A DNA stretch of 54,004 nt from Pseudomonadota bacterium. GTDB lineage: Bacteria > Pseudomonadota > Alphaproteobacteria > Caulobacterales > Caulobacteraceae. The position numbers and the translations under genes were made by a program. Below the pieces are notes generated by a model. That model did not search any database and was not told the DNA's origin. It saw only the letters and a program-made list of their open reading frames with translations. The stretch is taken from the NCBI GenBank assembly GCA_023424215.1, contig JAFAEC010000152.1, positions 1 through 54,004 of the forward strand, read 5' to 3'. Below are positions 11,554 to 20,755 of the stretch, one piece after another. Every line of letters begins with the position of its first letter. Position 1 is the first letter of the stretch.

Positions 11554-11860
11554 CTAGCGCACGGGGGGAGAGGGGGCAAGTCCCGAACGGCGGGTTTTGC
11601 TCCGCGCGGAACGGCCCCGCCGCGGCTTGACCAGAACGGACCAGGTTCCCACCCCGCCCGGACCCGCCAGCGCCAGTCCGGACAGGGCGACGACCAGGTC
11701 GTACAGCCAGCCGCCGACCGAGGCGGCGTGGATCGGGTAGAGGACGGTCTGCAGCCGCGTCCCGCCGCCCAGCGCGTGGGCGTCGACGGTCTGGACCACG
11801 CGGTTGGCGGCCGGGTCGATCAGGGCCACCGTGCGGCCGTTGGGGCGCCATTCCCCGGCT
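11554..11860 (-). pseudogene. C-terminal remnant of a PepSY-associated TM helix protein
   Basis: GEWRPNGRTVALIDP, LYPIHAASVGG and final TM helix match the end of PepSY-TM proteins; the N-terminal part is absent. 5' boundary approximate. Confidence 0.6.
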
Positions 11861-11962
11861 GACGAAGTCGGAGGCGCGGCGGCGCACGTCGGGCCGGAAA
11901 GCGGCTGGCCAATCTGGAGTTGCATCACTACCCTCGCCTGCAGCCAGACGTGGGAGGGGGGC

Positions 11963-12928
11963 TTGCGGGGAGAGGTTCTGACGTTCGACGAGGCGACCGG
12001 AATGGGCGCGATCGTCGGGGACGATGGCGCGCGCTATCTGTTCGCAGCGCCCGAGGTGCGGGGAGGAGGGCCGCTGCGCGCCCGCCAGCGCGTGGAATTC
12101 GCGGCGACCGAAGACCGGCAGGCCCGGAACATCGTGCTCGCCGCCCCGGTCGGGAGGCCCACGCCGCGGCATCAGGCGGGCTATTTCGATCTTGGGCGCG
12201 TCATCCAGCGGACCTTCTCCGCCATCGGCGGCAACGCCGCCGTCTTCTTCGGCGCGGCCATCGTCCTCGTGGGCGCGCCCAGCGCCATGCTCGCCTTCGG
12301 GCAGAGCCAGCTGGTCTCCGGGACGGACGATCCGGGAGCGAGCCTCCTGCTGATGGCGGCCGGCTGGGTGCTCAATCTCGTCGGCATGTTCCTGCTTCAG
12401 GGCATGGTGGTGAAGGCGGCGGTCAACGGGTTCAACGGCGCGCCCACCGGCTTCGGCGACGCCTTCGACGCCGGCGTGAGGATGTTCCTGCCGCTGCTGG
12501 GCCTTGGCGTCGTCGCCGGCGTGGCCATCCTGTTCGGCTACCTCCTGCTGCTCGTGCCCGGCCTGATCCTGACGGTCCTGTGGTCGGTGGCGGCGCCGGC
12601 GGTGGTGGTCGAGAAGCGCGGGGTCTTCGAGAGTCTCCAGCGCAGCCGGGACCTGACCCGCGGCCATCGCTGGTCGGTGTTCGGACTGATCGTCATCTAC
12701 GGCGTGCTGTCGTGGCTGATCAGCATCCTGATCGGCGGGGTGAGCATCGCCACCGGCGGGGCGTTGACCGGCGGGTCGCCTAACCTCTGGGTCAACCTGA
12801 TCGCGGGTCCGGTGGTGAGCGTGCTCAGCGGCGTGGTCGCCTCCGCCGGCGCCGCGGCACTGTACTATGAGCTGCGCACGGCCAAGGAAGGCGCGGGTCC
12901 CGAGGTGCTGGCGTCGATCTTCGACTGA
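11963..12928 (+). CDS. Cold-shock-like N-terminal domain fused to a multi-TM membrane domain
   Basis: TTG start after GGAGG; RGEVLTFDEATGMGAIVGDDGARYLF...RVEF...ARNI OB-like domain; ~6 TM with PAVVVE..SLQRSRDLT.G and LYYELR..KEG. Confidence 0.8.
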   Translation: MRGEVLTFDEATGMGAIVGDDGARYLFAAPEVRGGGPLRARQRVEFAATEDRQARNIVLAAPVGRPTPRHQAGYFDLGRVIQRTFSAIGGNAAVFFGAAIVLVGAPSAMLAFGQSQLVSGTDDPGASLLLMAAGWVLNLVGMFLLQGMVVKAAVNGFNGAPTGFGDAFDAGVRMFLPLLGLGVVAGVAILFGYLLLLVPGLILTVLWSVAAPAVVVEKRGVFESLQRSRDLTRGHRWSVFGLIVIYGVLSWLISILIGGVSIATGGALTGGSPNLWVNLIAGPVVSVLSGVVASAGAAALYYELRTAKEGAGPEVLASIFD

Positions 12929-12931
12929 GCC

Positions 12932-13813
12932 TCAGACGTCGTGCTTGTCGCGACGTCGCACCCCCATCAGCAGCTTCTGCTCCAGCCGGCCTCGCAGCGC
13001 GGCGTAGTAGGCGCTGAGAAACTCGCGGTCCGTCTGGTGGGGATCGCGGGCCCAGCCGATCTTGGTCTGGATGCGCTCGGCGACGGCGCGCAGGGTCTTG
13101 CGGTCGCCCTGGCGGAGGACGGTCTCAAGGACGTGCAGCTCCCGGGCTCCGTAGGCGTCGACCTGGGACGGGGTGAAGGCGAAGGCGGACAGTCGCGACG
13201 CGCCGTCGTCGGCCATGTCGCGGGCGAGAGCGCGTCGCGGCGTCCGCACCACCCAGGTGCCGCCCACCAGGTCGCCGAGGCGTAGCCGATCCCGGTTGAA
13301 CAGCGGGAAGAAGACGAGGACCCCGGCCCACACCACGCCCAGCAGGTACAGCCAGCTTTCGCCGCCGCCCTGGGTGGCGCGCGAGAGCACCAGGGAGAGC
13401 GGCAGGAACACCTCCAGCTCGCGCATGGCGTTGCGGGCGAAGACCGACTCGGCCCTCAGGCGTCCGCCGTCGCGGGAGGCGACCCGCAGACCCAAGGCGC
13501 GCTTGCCCGGCGTGGCGGCGGCGGCCGACAGCTCGAAGGCCGTGAAGTAGAAGTTCCGCAGCAGGAAGAAGACCAGCAGCCAGATCACGGCGATGACCTC
13601 GACTCCCGTTCCTCCCATCGCCTCGATGGCGCCGAGGGCTGTGAAGAACAGAACGAGGGTGAAGACGAACAGCCCGCCCATGATGATGCCGGCGTCGAGA
13701 AGGAAGGCGGCGGCGCGTTGGCCCGCGTCCCCGATGTGCAGGCGCAGGTCGACCCCCTCGGGCGTGACGAACGGGCGCTCGGTTCGCGCCGACGGGAGAG
13801 GCTCAGCGGACAT
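12932..13813 (-). CDS. RDD family protein
   Basis: VTPEGV, RAAAFLLD, TPGKRALGLRV, RLGDLVGGTWVV. Confidence 0.92.
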   Translation of the reverse strand: MSAEPLPSARTERPFVTPEGVDLRLHIGDAGQRAAAFLLDAGIIMGGLFVFTLVLFFTALGAIEAMGGTGVEVIAVIWLLVFFLLRNFYFTAFELSAAAATPGKRALGLRVASRDGGRLRAESVFARNAMRELEVFLPLSLVLSRATQGGGESWLYLLGVVWAGVLVFFPLFNRDRLRLGDLVGGTWVVRTPRRALARDMADDGASRLSAFAFTPSQVDAYGARELHVLETVLRQGDRKTLRAVAERIQTKIGWARDPHQTDREFLSAYYAALRGRLEQKLLMGVRRRDKHDV

Positions 13814-13820
13814 GGCGGGC

Positions 13821-14816
13821 CTACCGTCGGGGACCGTAGAAGTAGAGCGCCCAGATCACGCCCGTCGTCGCCGCCACGCCGTAGCGCAGGCCCGTGTCCT
13901 GGATCAGCTGTCGGCCGAAGCCTTCCAGCAGGCCGGCGAGCAGCAGCATCACCACCACTCCGCCCACGGCGACGCCGGCGACGCGGCCGGCTTCGACCGC
14001 GGCGTCCAGACGCCGCTTTCGTCCGGGGAAGGCGACCGACCAGCCGATGCGAAGACCGGCCGCGCCGGCCAGCACGACCGCGAACAGCTCCGTCACGCCG
14101 TGGATGAGCAGCCAGCCGCCCAGCTCCGGCCCCAGGCCCCGGCTGGCGAACAGGGCGACGAAGGCGCCGAGCGTGGCTCCGTTGTAGAGGATCAGCAGGG
14201 CCGTCGGCAGACACAGGGCGAAGCCGAGGGCGAAGGCGAGCAACGCCACCTGGGCGTTGTGGGTGAACAGGAAGGCCGCGAACACGGACAGGCCGTCGGC
14301 GTTCTCGGTCCCGCCGAGCGTGGCGCGCAGGGTCTCGGTCGAGGCCGCAGGATCGCGCCCGCCGCTGAGCTCCGCCGGCACAAAGGCGTAGAACCACTCG
14401 GCCTCGTGGGTGACCAGCCACGCGCCGATCAGGGCCCCCAGCAGCAGCAGCCCCCCGGCGACGAGGGTTTCGCGCCACAGGCCGCGCACCGCGGTGGGCC
14501 AGTCCCGGCTGAAGAAGGACGCCAGACGGTCCTGCAGGGTGGCGCGCGACCCGTAGACGAAGAAATAGGCCCGGGCCGACAGCGTCTCGAGATAGTCGAT
14601 CAGACCCTGGTCCAGCGATGTCTCGCGCGCCACGGACAGGGCGGAGAGGGTGGAACGGTAGAGCACCGGCACGGCCAGGATCTCGGTGTCCGAAAGCTTC
14701 GCGGCCGAGCCCTTCTCGGCCTTGTCCATCAGCTTCTCCAGGCGGCGCCAGTCGTCCTCCCGCGCCTGGCGGAATCGCTGGCTCTTGAGCAGGCCCGCGG
14801 CGCGCAGGTCGTTCAC
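13821..14816 (-). CDS. SpoIIM-like (DUF95) membrane protein
   Basis: FR..RE.DW.RLE, LYR..LS.ARE, FTHNAQVA, IHGVTEL, AGLLEGF; GTG start overlapping the DUF58 stop. Confidence 0.9.
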   Translation of the reverse strand: MNDLRAAGLLKSQRFRQAREDDWRRLEKLMDKAEKGSAAKLSDTEILAVPVLYRSTLSALSVARETSLDQGLIDYLETLSARAYFFVYGSRATLQDRLASFFSRDWPTAVRGLWRETLVAGGLLLLGALIGAWLVTHEAEWFYAFVPAELSGGRDPAASTETLRATLGGTENADGLSVFAAFLFTHNAQVALLAFALGFALCLPTALLILYNGATLGAFVALFASRGLGPELGGWLLIHGVTELFAVVLAGAAGLRIGWSVAFPGRKRRLDAAVEAGRVAGVAVGGVVVMLLLAGLLEGFGRQLIQDTGLRYGVAATTGVIWALYFYGPRR

Positions 14817-16129
14817 AGCAGGTTCCTCCGCTTCAGATCCAGGTAGGCGTCGACCACCTCGGGTCCGACCTGCGCGGCCGGGGCGTCGACGATATGGGCA
14901 CCCATGCGGCGCAGCCGGGCGATGACGGTGTCCCGCTCGCGCAGAAGCGTTCCCGCGACCACGGCGCGCGACACGTCCTCGGGCCGTTCGGGTTCCGAGC
15001 CGGTCAGGCTCTCCAGTTCCTCGTCGCGCAGGACGACAAACAGGACCAGATGCCGTTTCAGCAGGCGCCCGAGGGATTCGAGCATCAGTTCGGCCGCCGT
15101 CGGGTCGGTGAAGTCGGTGAACACGACGACCAGCGACCGACGCTGCAGCTCGCCCGACAGGGTGGCCAGGGCGAGGGTGTAGTTGGTCTCGTGCGTCGAA
15201 TAGTCGATGCGGCCGGCGAGCTGCTGGAGAATCCGGAAGGCGTTCAGGCCGCCCACGGCGCCGGTGGACAGGCGCGGATGGGAATCGAAGGCGAACAGGC
15301 CGGCCCGATCTCCCGACCGGAGGCAGGCGTAGGACAACAGCAGTCCGGCGTGGATGAACCTGTCCACGCGCGGCATGCCGCCCACCGGTTCGCAGGCCGC
15401 CCGACCGCAGTCGAGGGCCATGATGACGTTGTGGTTGCGCTCGGTCCGGAACTCCTTGGCCAGCAGGGCAGCGTGGCGCGCGGACTGCTTCCAGTCGATG
15501 GCGCGCCGGTCCATGCCGGCCTGATACTCGCGCAAGGCCTGGAACTCGGCGCCTTCGCCAATGTCCAGCTGGGTCTTGGCGCCGAACAGGGCGTCGCGGG
15601 CGAACAGACGCACGGCCTGGTCGCGCACCCACTGCAGATCGGTGGTGACCGGCGTGGAGACGCCGAGGTGAAACCGCTTCTGCTTCCAGGCGAGGCCCAT
15701 CGGTCCGCTCCAGCGGACCCACAGTTCGTCCAGCCCGGCGTCGCCGCGCCGGTCCGGCGTGAAGGGAAAGCCGAGATCGGCGGCGCGATCCCTCACGCGC
15801 ACGCGGCGGGGCCTGTCCTCGAGGCCCAGCCGGGCGGCGCCGGACAGGGCCGCCTCGACGACCCGCGGCGACGGCCCCTTTGACGCGAACCGGATTGCGA
15901 GCGCGGCCAGCCCGGGGCGGCCGACTGCCGCGCGCGGCGGCTCCGGCGCCTGCAGCTCCAGCCCCGCACGCGAACCGCCGGCCATCGCGTCCAGCGCGAC
16001 CAGCAGCGCCAGACCCGCGACCCATACCGGTCCCGCCAGCCAGCCGACCGGCAGCAGCACGCCCGCCGTCAGAGCGACGGGGGCGCCCGCCGCCATCAGG
16101 ATCACCGCGCGTCGGGTGGGATAGATCAC
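14813..16129 (-). CDS. DUF58 domain protein (vWA-like MoxR partner)
   Basis: [37 protein letters not shown]. Confidence 0.93.
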   Translation of the reverse strand: MIYPTRRAVILMAAGAPVALTAGVLLPVGWLAGPVWVAGLALLVALDAMAGGSRAGLELQAPEPPRAAVGRPGLAALAIRFASKGPSPRVVEAALSGAARLGLEDRPRRVRVRDRAADLGFPFTPDRRGDAGLDELWVRWSGPMGLAWKQKRFHLGVSTPVTTDLQWVRDQAVRLFARDALFGAKTQLDIGEGAEFQALREYQAGMDRRAIDWKQSARHAALLAKEFRTERNHNVIMALDCGRAACEPVGGMPRVDRFIHAGLLLSYACLRSGDRAGLFAFDSHPRLSTGAVGGLNAFRILQQLAGRIDYSTHETNYTLALATLSGELQRRSLVVVFTDFTDPTAAELMLESLGRLLKRHLVLFVVLRDEELESLTGSEPERPEDVSRAVVAGTLLRERDTVIARLRRMGAHIVDAPAAQVGPEVVDAYLDLKRRNLL

Positions 16130-17082
16130 CGGGGCGCCGCCACCTGTTCCACCAGCGCCGCCAGCACCTGTTCGACCCGACGTCCCTCGATCTCCGCCGC
16201 CGGCGACAGCACCAGCCGGTGGCGCAGACCGGGAACGGCCAGCGTCTTGACGTCGTCGGGAATGACGTAGTCGCGGCCGTCCAGAGCCGCCCGGGCCCGG
16301 GCGCCGACCGCGAGCATGGCGCCGGCGCGAGGCGAGGCGCCGGTCTCCACATCGGCGGACTCGCGGGTCGCGCGGACCAGGTCCGCGACATAGCCGATGA
16401 CCTCCTCGGTCAGTTGCACGCCGGCCACCGCATCCACCGCCGCGCCGATGCTCGCCGCCTCGGCGACTGTCCCGACGCCGAGGGCGACCGGATCCATCTG
16501 ACCGGTCCGCGAGCCGTGGGCCGCGATGATGGCCCGCTCCTGATCGACGTCCGGATAGTCAAGCACATGCTTGAACAGGAAGCGGTCCAGCTGCGCCTCG
16601 GGCAGCGGATAGGTGCCCTGCTGCTCGATCGGATTCTGGGTGGCCACCACCGTGAAGCGGGGGCTCAGGGCGTGGGCCTCGCCGTCTATGGTGATCTGGC
16701 GTTCCTGCATGGCCTCGAGCAGGGCGGCCTGGGTCTTCGGCGGCGTGCGGTTGATTTCGTCGGCCAGCAGCAGCTCGCAGAAGATCGGACCGCGCGTCAG
16801 GGTGAAGCTGGAAGTCTGGAAGTTGAACAGGTTCGAGCCGATGATGTCGCCAGGCATCAGGTCCGGGGTGAACTGGATGCGGCCGTAGTCCATCCCCACG
16901 GCGCGGGCGAAGCTCTGGGCCAGCAGGGTCTTGGCCGTGCCCGGCGGACCTTCCAGCAGGACGTGGCCGCCGGCGAACAGGGCGGTCAGCAGCAGGTCGA
17001 CGGCGTCGTCCTGGCCCACCACGGCCCTCGCCACCTCGGCGCGGATGCGCCCCGCGATGGTTTTCACCTCATTGACGTGCAC
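16126..17082 (-). CDS. MoxR family AAA+ ATPase
   Basis: [56 protein letters not shown]. Confidence 0.97.
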   Translation of the reverse strand: MHVNEVKTIAGRIRAEVARAVVGQDDAVDLLLTALFAGGHVLLEGPPGTAKTLLAQSFARAVGMDYGRIQFTPDLMPGDIIGSNLFNFQTSSFTLTRGPIFCELLLADEINRTPPKTQAALLEAMQERQITIDGEAHALSPRFTVVATQNPIEQQGTYPLPEAQLDRFLFKHVLDYPDVDQERAIIAAHGSRTGQMDPVALGVGTVAEAASIGAAVDAVAGVQLTEEVIGYVADLVRATRESADVETGASPRAGAMLAVGARARAALDGRDYVIPDDVKTLAVPGLRHRLVLSPAAEIEGRRVEQVLAALVEQVAAPR

Positions 17083-18292
17083 GGGTCAGCTCCTGCTTCC
17101 AGCGATGGAGATCGGCGGCGACCTGCATCAGGTCTCCGGGGGTTCTGGCCGCCGCGGCCCGTTCGGCCAGGGCGGTGTAGGTGTGGCTCGCGCCGACGGT
17201 CCGGCTGATCCGGTCGAGGAAGGCGTCGAGCTCCGCCTCGTCCAGGTTGCGCGGCGCGCCGGTCGCCCTGGCCACGGCGGCCCGCGTCAGCTGGGCGTAG
17301 GGCCGGGCCATGTGATGCTCGCGCCGCGCCAGCCGGACGAGCCCCGCGGTGTTGTCGGCCAGGCCGCGCTTGCCGAGGGCGATCACCCGGCCCGTGGTTC
17401 GGGCCGGGCCGAAGCGGATCGCCGCCTGCAGGCCGGCGAAGGCCGCCAGGCCCACCATGGCCAGGGTCAGCCCGAGCAGCGGCGGCTCGAGCAGCAGGCG
17501 CAGCAGGTTTCGGGTCCGCTGCAGCCCGTGCAGCGTCAGGTCGAAGACCACCGGCGACACCGGTCCGATGAGCTCGATCAGGGCGACGGCTGTCCGGGCT
17601 CCGTTCAGCGATTTCAGGCCCTGGGTGTTGAGCAGGTCGGGATCGGCCAGCACATAGACACGCTGTTCCCGATGCCGGACCAGAATCGGCTGGGCGCGGT
17701 CGTCGATGACCACGGGGATCCAGCCGGAGCCGGACAGGGTCCGCAGGTTCTCGACCTCGACCGGCGCTCCGAACGGGGTCCCGTCGGGCCGCCGGAAGGC
17801 GACGGTCCCTGCCCCGCTCCGGGTCTCCAGCCTCAGGCCGTCCTTCAACGCTTCCGGCAGCGGCGAAAGGGCCGCGGCCGGAGGCAGCGCGCCGAGCGTC
17901 CGCACCCAGCCGGGGTGTTTCGGGTCGGGCATCGACGTCCATTTGGGCAGGACGATGAGCGTCGATCCCTCGTGCAGGATGTTCTCGACCGCTTCGGGAG
18001 GGGTGTTGGCCGTCGGGGTCAGCACCAGCAGGCTCTCCCAGGCGGCGTCGGTCAGGGCGGAGCGGTTCATGACCACCGGCTTGCCGGTGTTCCGCAGCAG
18101 CACCGGCAGGGCGCCGAAGCCGGTGGACGCTCGCGACAGGGCGTGGCCGCCGCCGTCGTCGCCCGACCGCAGCTCCGGCTCGTAGGCCGACAGCACGCCG
18201 ATGCCGGCCAGGGCGACGATCCCGACCAGGATCGCGACGATGATGGCAGCGGGTGAGAAGGCGCCGTGAGGCGTCCCCGGGCGATCGCTCAT
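17069..18292 (-). CDS. DUF4350-type membrane-anchored protein
   Basis: N-terminal TM, DPDLLN..GL, FDLTLHG, TM then RFGP; position in MoxR operon. Confidence 0.82.
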   Translation of the reverse strand: MSDRPGTPHGAFSPAAIIVAILVGIVALAGIGVLSAYEPELRSGDDGGGHALSRASTGFGALPVLLRNTGKPVVMNRSALTDAAWESLLVLTPTANTPPEAVENILHEGSTLIVLPKWTSMPDPKHPGWVRTLGALPPAAALSPLPEALKDGLRLETRSGAGTVAFRRPDGTPFGAPVEVENLRTLSGSGWIPVVIDDRAQPILVRHREQRVYVLADPDLLNTQGLKSLNGARTAVALIELIGPVSPVVFDLTLHGLQRTRNLLRLLLEPPLLGLTLAMVGLAAFAGLQAAIRFGPARTTGRVIALGKRGLADNTAGLVRLARREHHMARPYAQLTRAAVARATGAPRNLDEAELDAFLDRISRTVGASHTYTALAERAAAARTPGDLMQVAADLHRWKQELTRARQ

Positions 18293-18915
18293 GCCGACCA
18301 GGCCTCCGGCAGGGCGAAGGCCTCATAGGCCCGGCGGCAGTTGGCGAAGCTCCCGGCGTCCACGGACGCGCCCCCGAACAGGCTGGCCTCGACCACGCGG
18401 CCGATCAGCACGAAGGCGGGGCGGCCGGTCTCCGGCAAGGCCTCCAGGGCGGCGATCTCCCGCGTGGTCAGCGACGCCCGCAGGGCCCGGGGCTGCCGGC
18501 GTTCGATGTCGGCGACGCTGCGCAGCAGCAGCAGGTGCACGGCTTCGGCGTAGCGCCCGTCCGCCGCCAGCCGGTCCGCCTCGGCCAGCAGGTCGCGGGC
18601 GGCGCCGGGGTCGGGCCGCCACTCCGCCGCGACCGCCCCCCGGGCCTTGGCGGGCTTCGGCGTCGGCGCGCGCAGGCGCAGGATCTCGCGGACGATCGCA
18701 TAGAGGATCAGCCCCGCCAGCAGGGCCAGGCCGATCCAGAAAATCCATTTCATGAGCGGCGCGACGGCCTGCATCAGGTCGCCGATCCAGCCCAGCCATC
18801 GCGGGGGCGCCGGCGGATCGAAGCCGGTGCGGTCGAACTGGAGCGAACCGTTCTCCAGCAGCCGGGCGTGCGCCCGGGCCAGGGCCTCATCTGTTGGGGT
18901 AGCCCTGTCCTGCAT
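18289..18915 (-). CDS. DUF4129-type single-TM protein
   Basis: TM helix, A..G.Y.EAVH.LL, SLTTREI, VE.SLFGG. Confidence 0.82.
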   Translation of the reverse strand: MQDRATPTDEALARAHARLLENGSLQFDRTGFDPPAPPRWLGWIGDLMQAVAPLMKWIFWIGLALLAGLILYAIVREILRLRAPTPKPAKARGAVAAEWRPDPGAARDLLAEADRLAADGRYAEAVHLLLLRSVADIERRQPRALRASLTTREIAALEALPETGRPAFVLIGRVVEASLFGGASVDAGSFANCRRAYEAFALPEAWSA

Positions 18916-19097
18916 CCTTCATCCGCCCGCCTCCGACGCCTCAAGGCATAGTGGCCGCGAGCCCCGAGTCAACTTTGGGTTCATCTCGCGGCCCTCGGGA
19001 TGGGGCGAACCTGGACAGCGTTCCCGACAGTCGGAGGCCCGATCGCCATGGCCCGCGTTTGCGGGCGAACGGCTGACGCGCCGCCGGGGCGCGGCGA

Positions 19098-20579
19098 TCA
19101 ACTTCGGGCGAGGAAGCCGTTCTCGATGAAGCGCCGGTCGGCCCAGGTCGAATGGGTGCCGCTGGAGATCTTGTGGGGAAGGGCGATGCGGACCACGGGA
19201 CCGGCGGCGAAGTCCTTGCAGTCGATCAGGATGCACTCCGAGGTCTGGGTGTTCTCGTCGATCAGGAAACTGACCAGATAGCCGTCGTCCTCATCCGTGG
19301 CGTTGATGCGGGGCGCGAACGGGGACTCGCTGGCGTAGACGCCCTCAGGCAGGGTGATCTCCCACGACTCGCCGGTGTGCAGGTCGTGCTTGACCATGCC
19401 CTTGAACAGGAACCACCCCGGCTTGGTGAAGGTGCTGTAGGCGTAGCGGTACGGCACGCCGGCGTAGCGCTGGTTGAACATGCCGAACTCAAGGATGCGA
19501 TCGTCCAGCCGCTGCTCGCGGGTTTCGCCGGTCTTCAGGTTGAAGCGCCAGCGGTGCAGCCGGGGCCGGAAGCTGTGCTCGTCGAGGAAGGCCATCATGT
19601 GGCCCATGCCCTTGGGATAGCCGTCGAGCGGCGCGGGGCAGGGGTCCTCCTGGAAGTAGCCGTCGAGGACGATCTCGTCGCCTTCCTCCCAGGCGTTGAG
19701 GAAGTGCAGGACATAGGTCGGCTCGGCCTCGAACCAGCGGATCTCATCGGAGCGACCGTAGCGGGGGATGATCCCGAACCGCGACTTCAGGCCGGGGTGC
19801 ATGCGCGAGACATGGATGTCCTGCTTGAGCAGCTCCTCGTCCCAGAACAGCGGGAAGTCGTTGAGGATCGAGTAGTTCTCGGTGAAGGCCATGTCGTGCG
19901 GCAGGCGCGGTCCCGGCAGGTCGATCGGCACGTAGTGGACAAGCTTTCCACTCCGGTCGACGACGCCGTAGTGCATGTAGGGGGCGTGGGTCCCGTAGTT
20001 GAAGAACAGCATCTCGCCCGTTGTCTCGTCGACCTTGGGATGGGCGGAAACGCCGTCGAGCGGACCCCAGGCGGCCACGCCGGCGGGATCGAGGGTCTCC
20101 GGGTCCAGCAGATAGGCTTCGCCGCACTGGTAGAAGGTGGAGGCGATCTTGCCGGCGTGGACCACGACGTCGGTGCTGGAGGAGTCCTTCAGCGACCCGT
20201 GCGCGCCGAAGCCCGGGCGCCGTGACGTGCCCGGCGGGTCCATCAAACCGCCCCAGAGGGAGGCGCCGGCCTCCTGCTCGGCCTGGAAGCAGCGGGTGCG
20301 CACGAAGCGGTTTCGATAGTCCGCCTTGCCGTTCCGGAAGCTGATCATGTGGACCATGCCGTCGCCGTCGAACGGGTGATAGCGGCCGAGCGGCTCGTGG
20401 ATCTGGTTCTCGGTGTTGCGGACGTAGATGCCGTCGATGTCGTCGGGGATTCGCCCCTCGATGACCTTGAGGTCCATCGCGTCGACCTCCCGCAGAAGCG
20501 GGGTCCAGGCCCCCGTCAGATAGGGGTGGTTTGACGGCTTCAGCGACGCCTTGATGGGAGGCAGGACGTGGACGGTCAT
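19098..20579 (-). CDS. Carotenoid cleavage oxygenase family dioxygenase (CCO-1)
   Basis: HPFDGDGMVH, YRNRFVRT; four Fe-ligand His in SAHPKVD, LPHDM, VLHFLNAWE, GTHSTW; EDDGY. Confidence 0.95.
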   Translation of the reverse strand: MTVHVLPPIKASLKPSNHPYLTGAWTPLLREVDAMDLKVIEGRIPDDIDGIYVRNTENQIHEPLGRYHPFDGDGMVHMISFRNGKADYRNRFVRTRCFQAEQEAGASLWGGLMDPPGTSRRPGFGAHGSLKDSSSTDVVVHAGKIASTFYQCGEAYLLDPETLDPAGVAAWGPLDGVSAHPKVDETTGEMLFFNYGTHAPYMHYGVVDRSGKLVHYVPIDLPGPRLPHDMAFTENYSILNDFPLFWDEELLKQDIHVSRMHPGLKSRFGIIPRYGRSDEIRWFEAEPTYVLHFLNAWEEGDEIVLDGYFQEDPCPAPLDGYPKGMGHMMAFLDEHSFRPRLHRWRFNLKTGETREQRLDDRILEFGMFNQRYAGVPYRYAYSTFTKPGWFLFKGMVKHDLHTGESWEITLPEGVYASESPFAPRINATDEDDGYLVSFLIDENTQTSECILIDCKDFAAGPVVRIALPHKISSGTHSTWADRRFIENGFLARS

Positions 20580-20621
20580 GGCGGTTTTCCGATCTCCGGG
20601 CCCGCCAGCCTAGGCACGAAC

Positions 20622-20709
20622 GGTATGCTTACGCAAGCTACGTCGGTCGCAGATGCTGCGACTTGCACAGGCGGACCATCTCTGGCTAGCTTGCTTTCGT
20701 AAGTGGACC
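20622..20709. promoter_or_regulatory. Three copies of CTTGC-N6-GGACC-like operator
   Basis: 20622-20637(-) CTTGCGTAAGCATACC; 20662-20677(+) CTTGCACAGGCGGACC; 20694-20709(+) CTTTCGTAAGTGGACC. Confidence 0.7.
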
Positions 20710-20755
20710 TTACAGCGTGGCCGGAGGGTGGCGCGGGTCCGGAGAGGACCCACGC

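Noticed and set aside
13821..16391. N-terminally extended ORF calls (856 aa here; also 5195-7351, 28284-30728, 29783-31927, 31006-33246, 38729-40627)
   Set aside because: Extensions overlap upstream genes in another frame; true starts lie at stop/start overlaps
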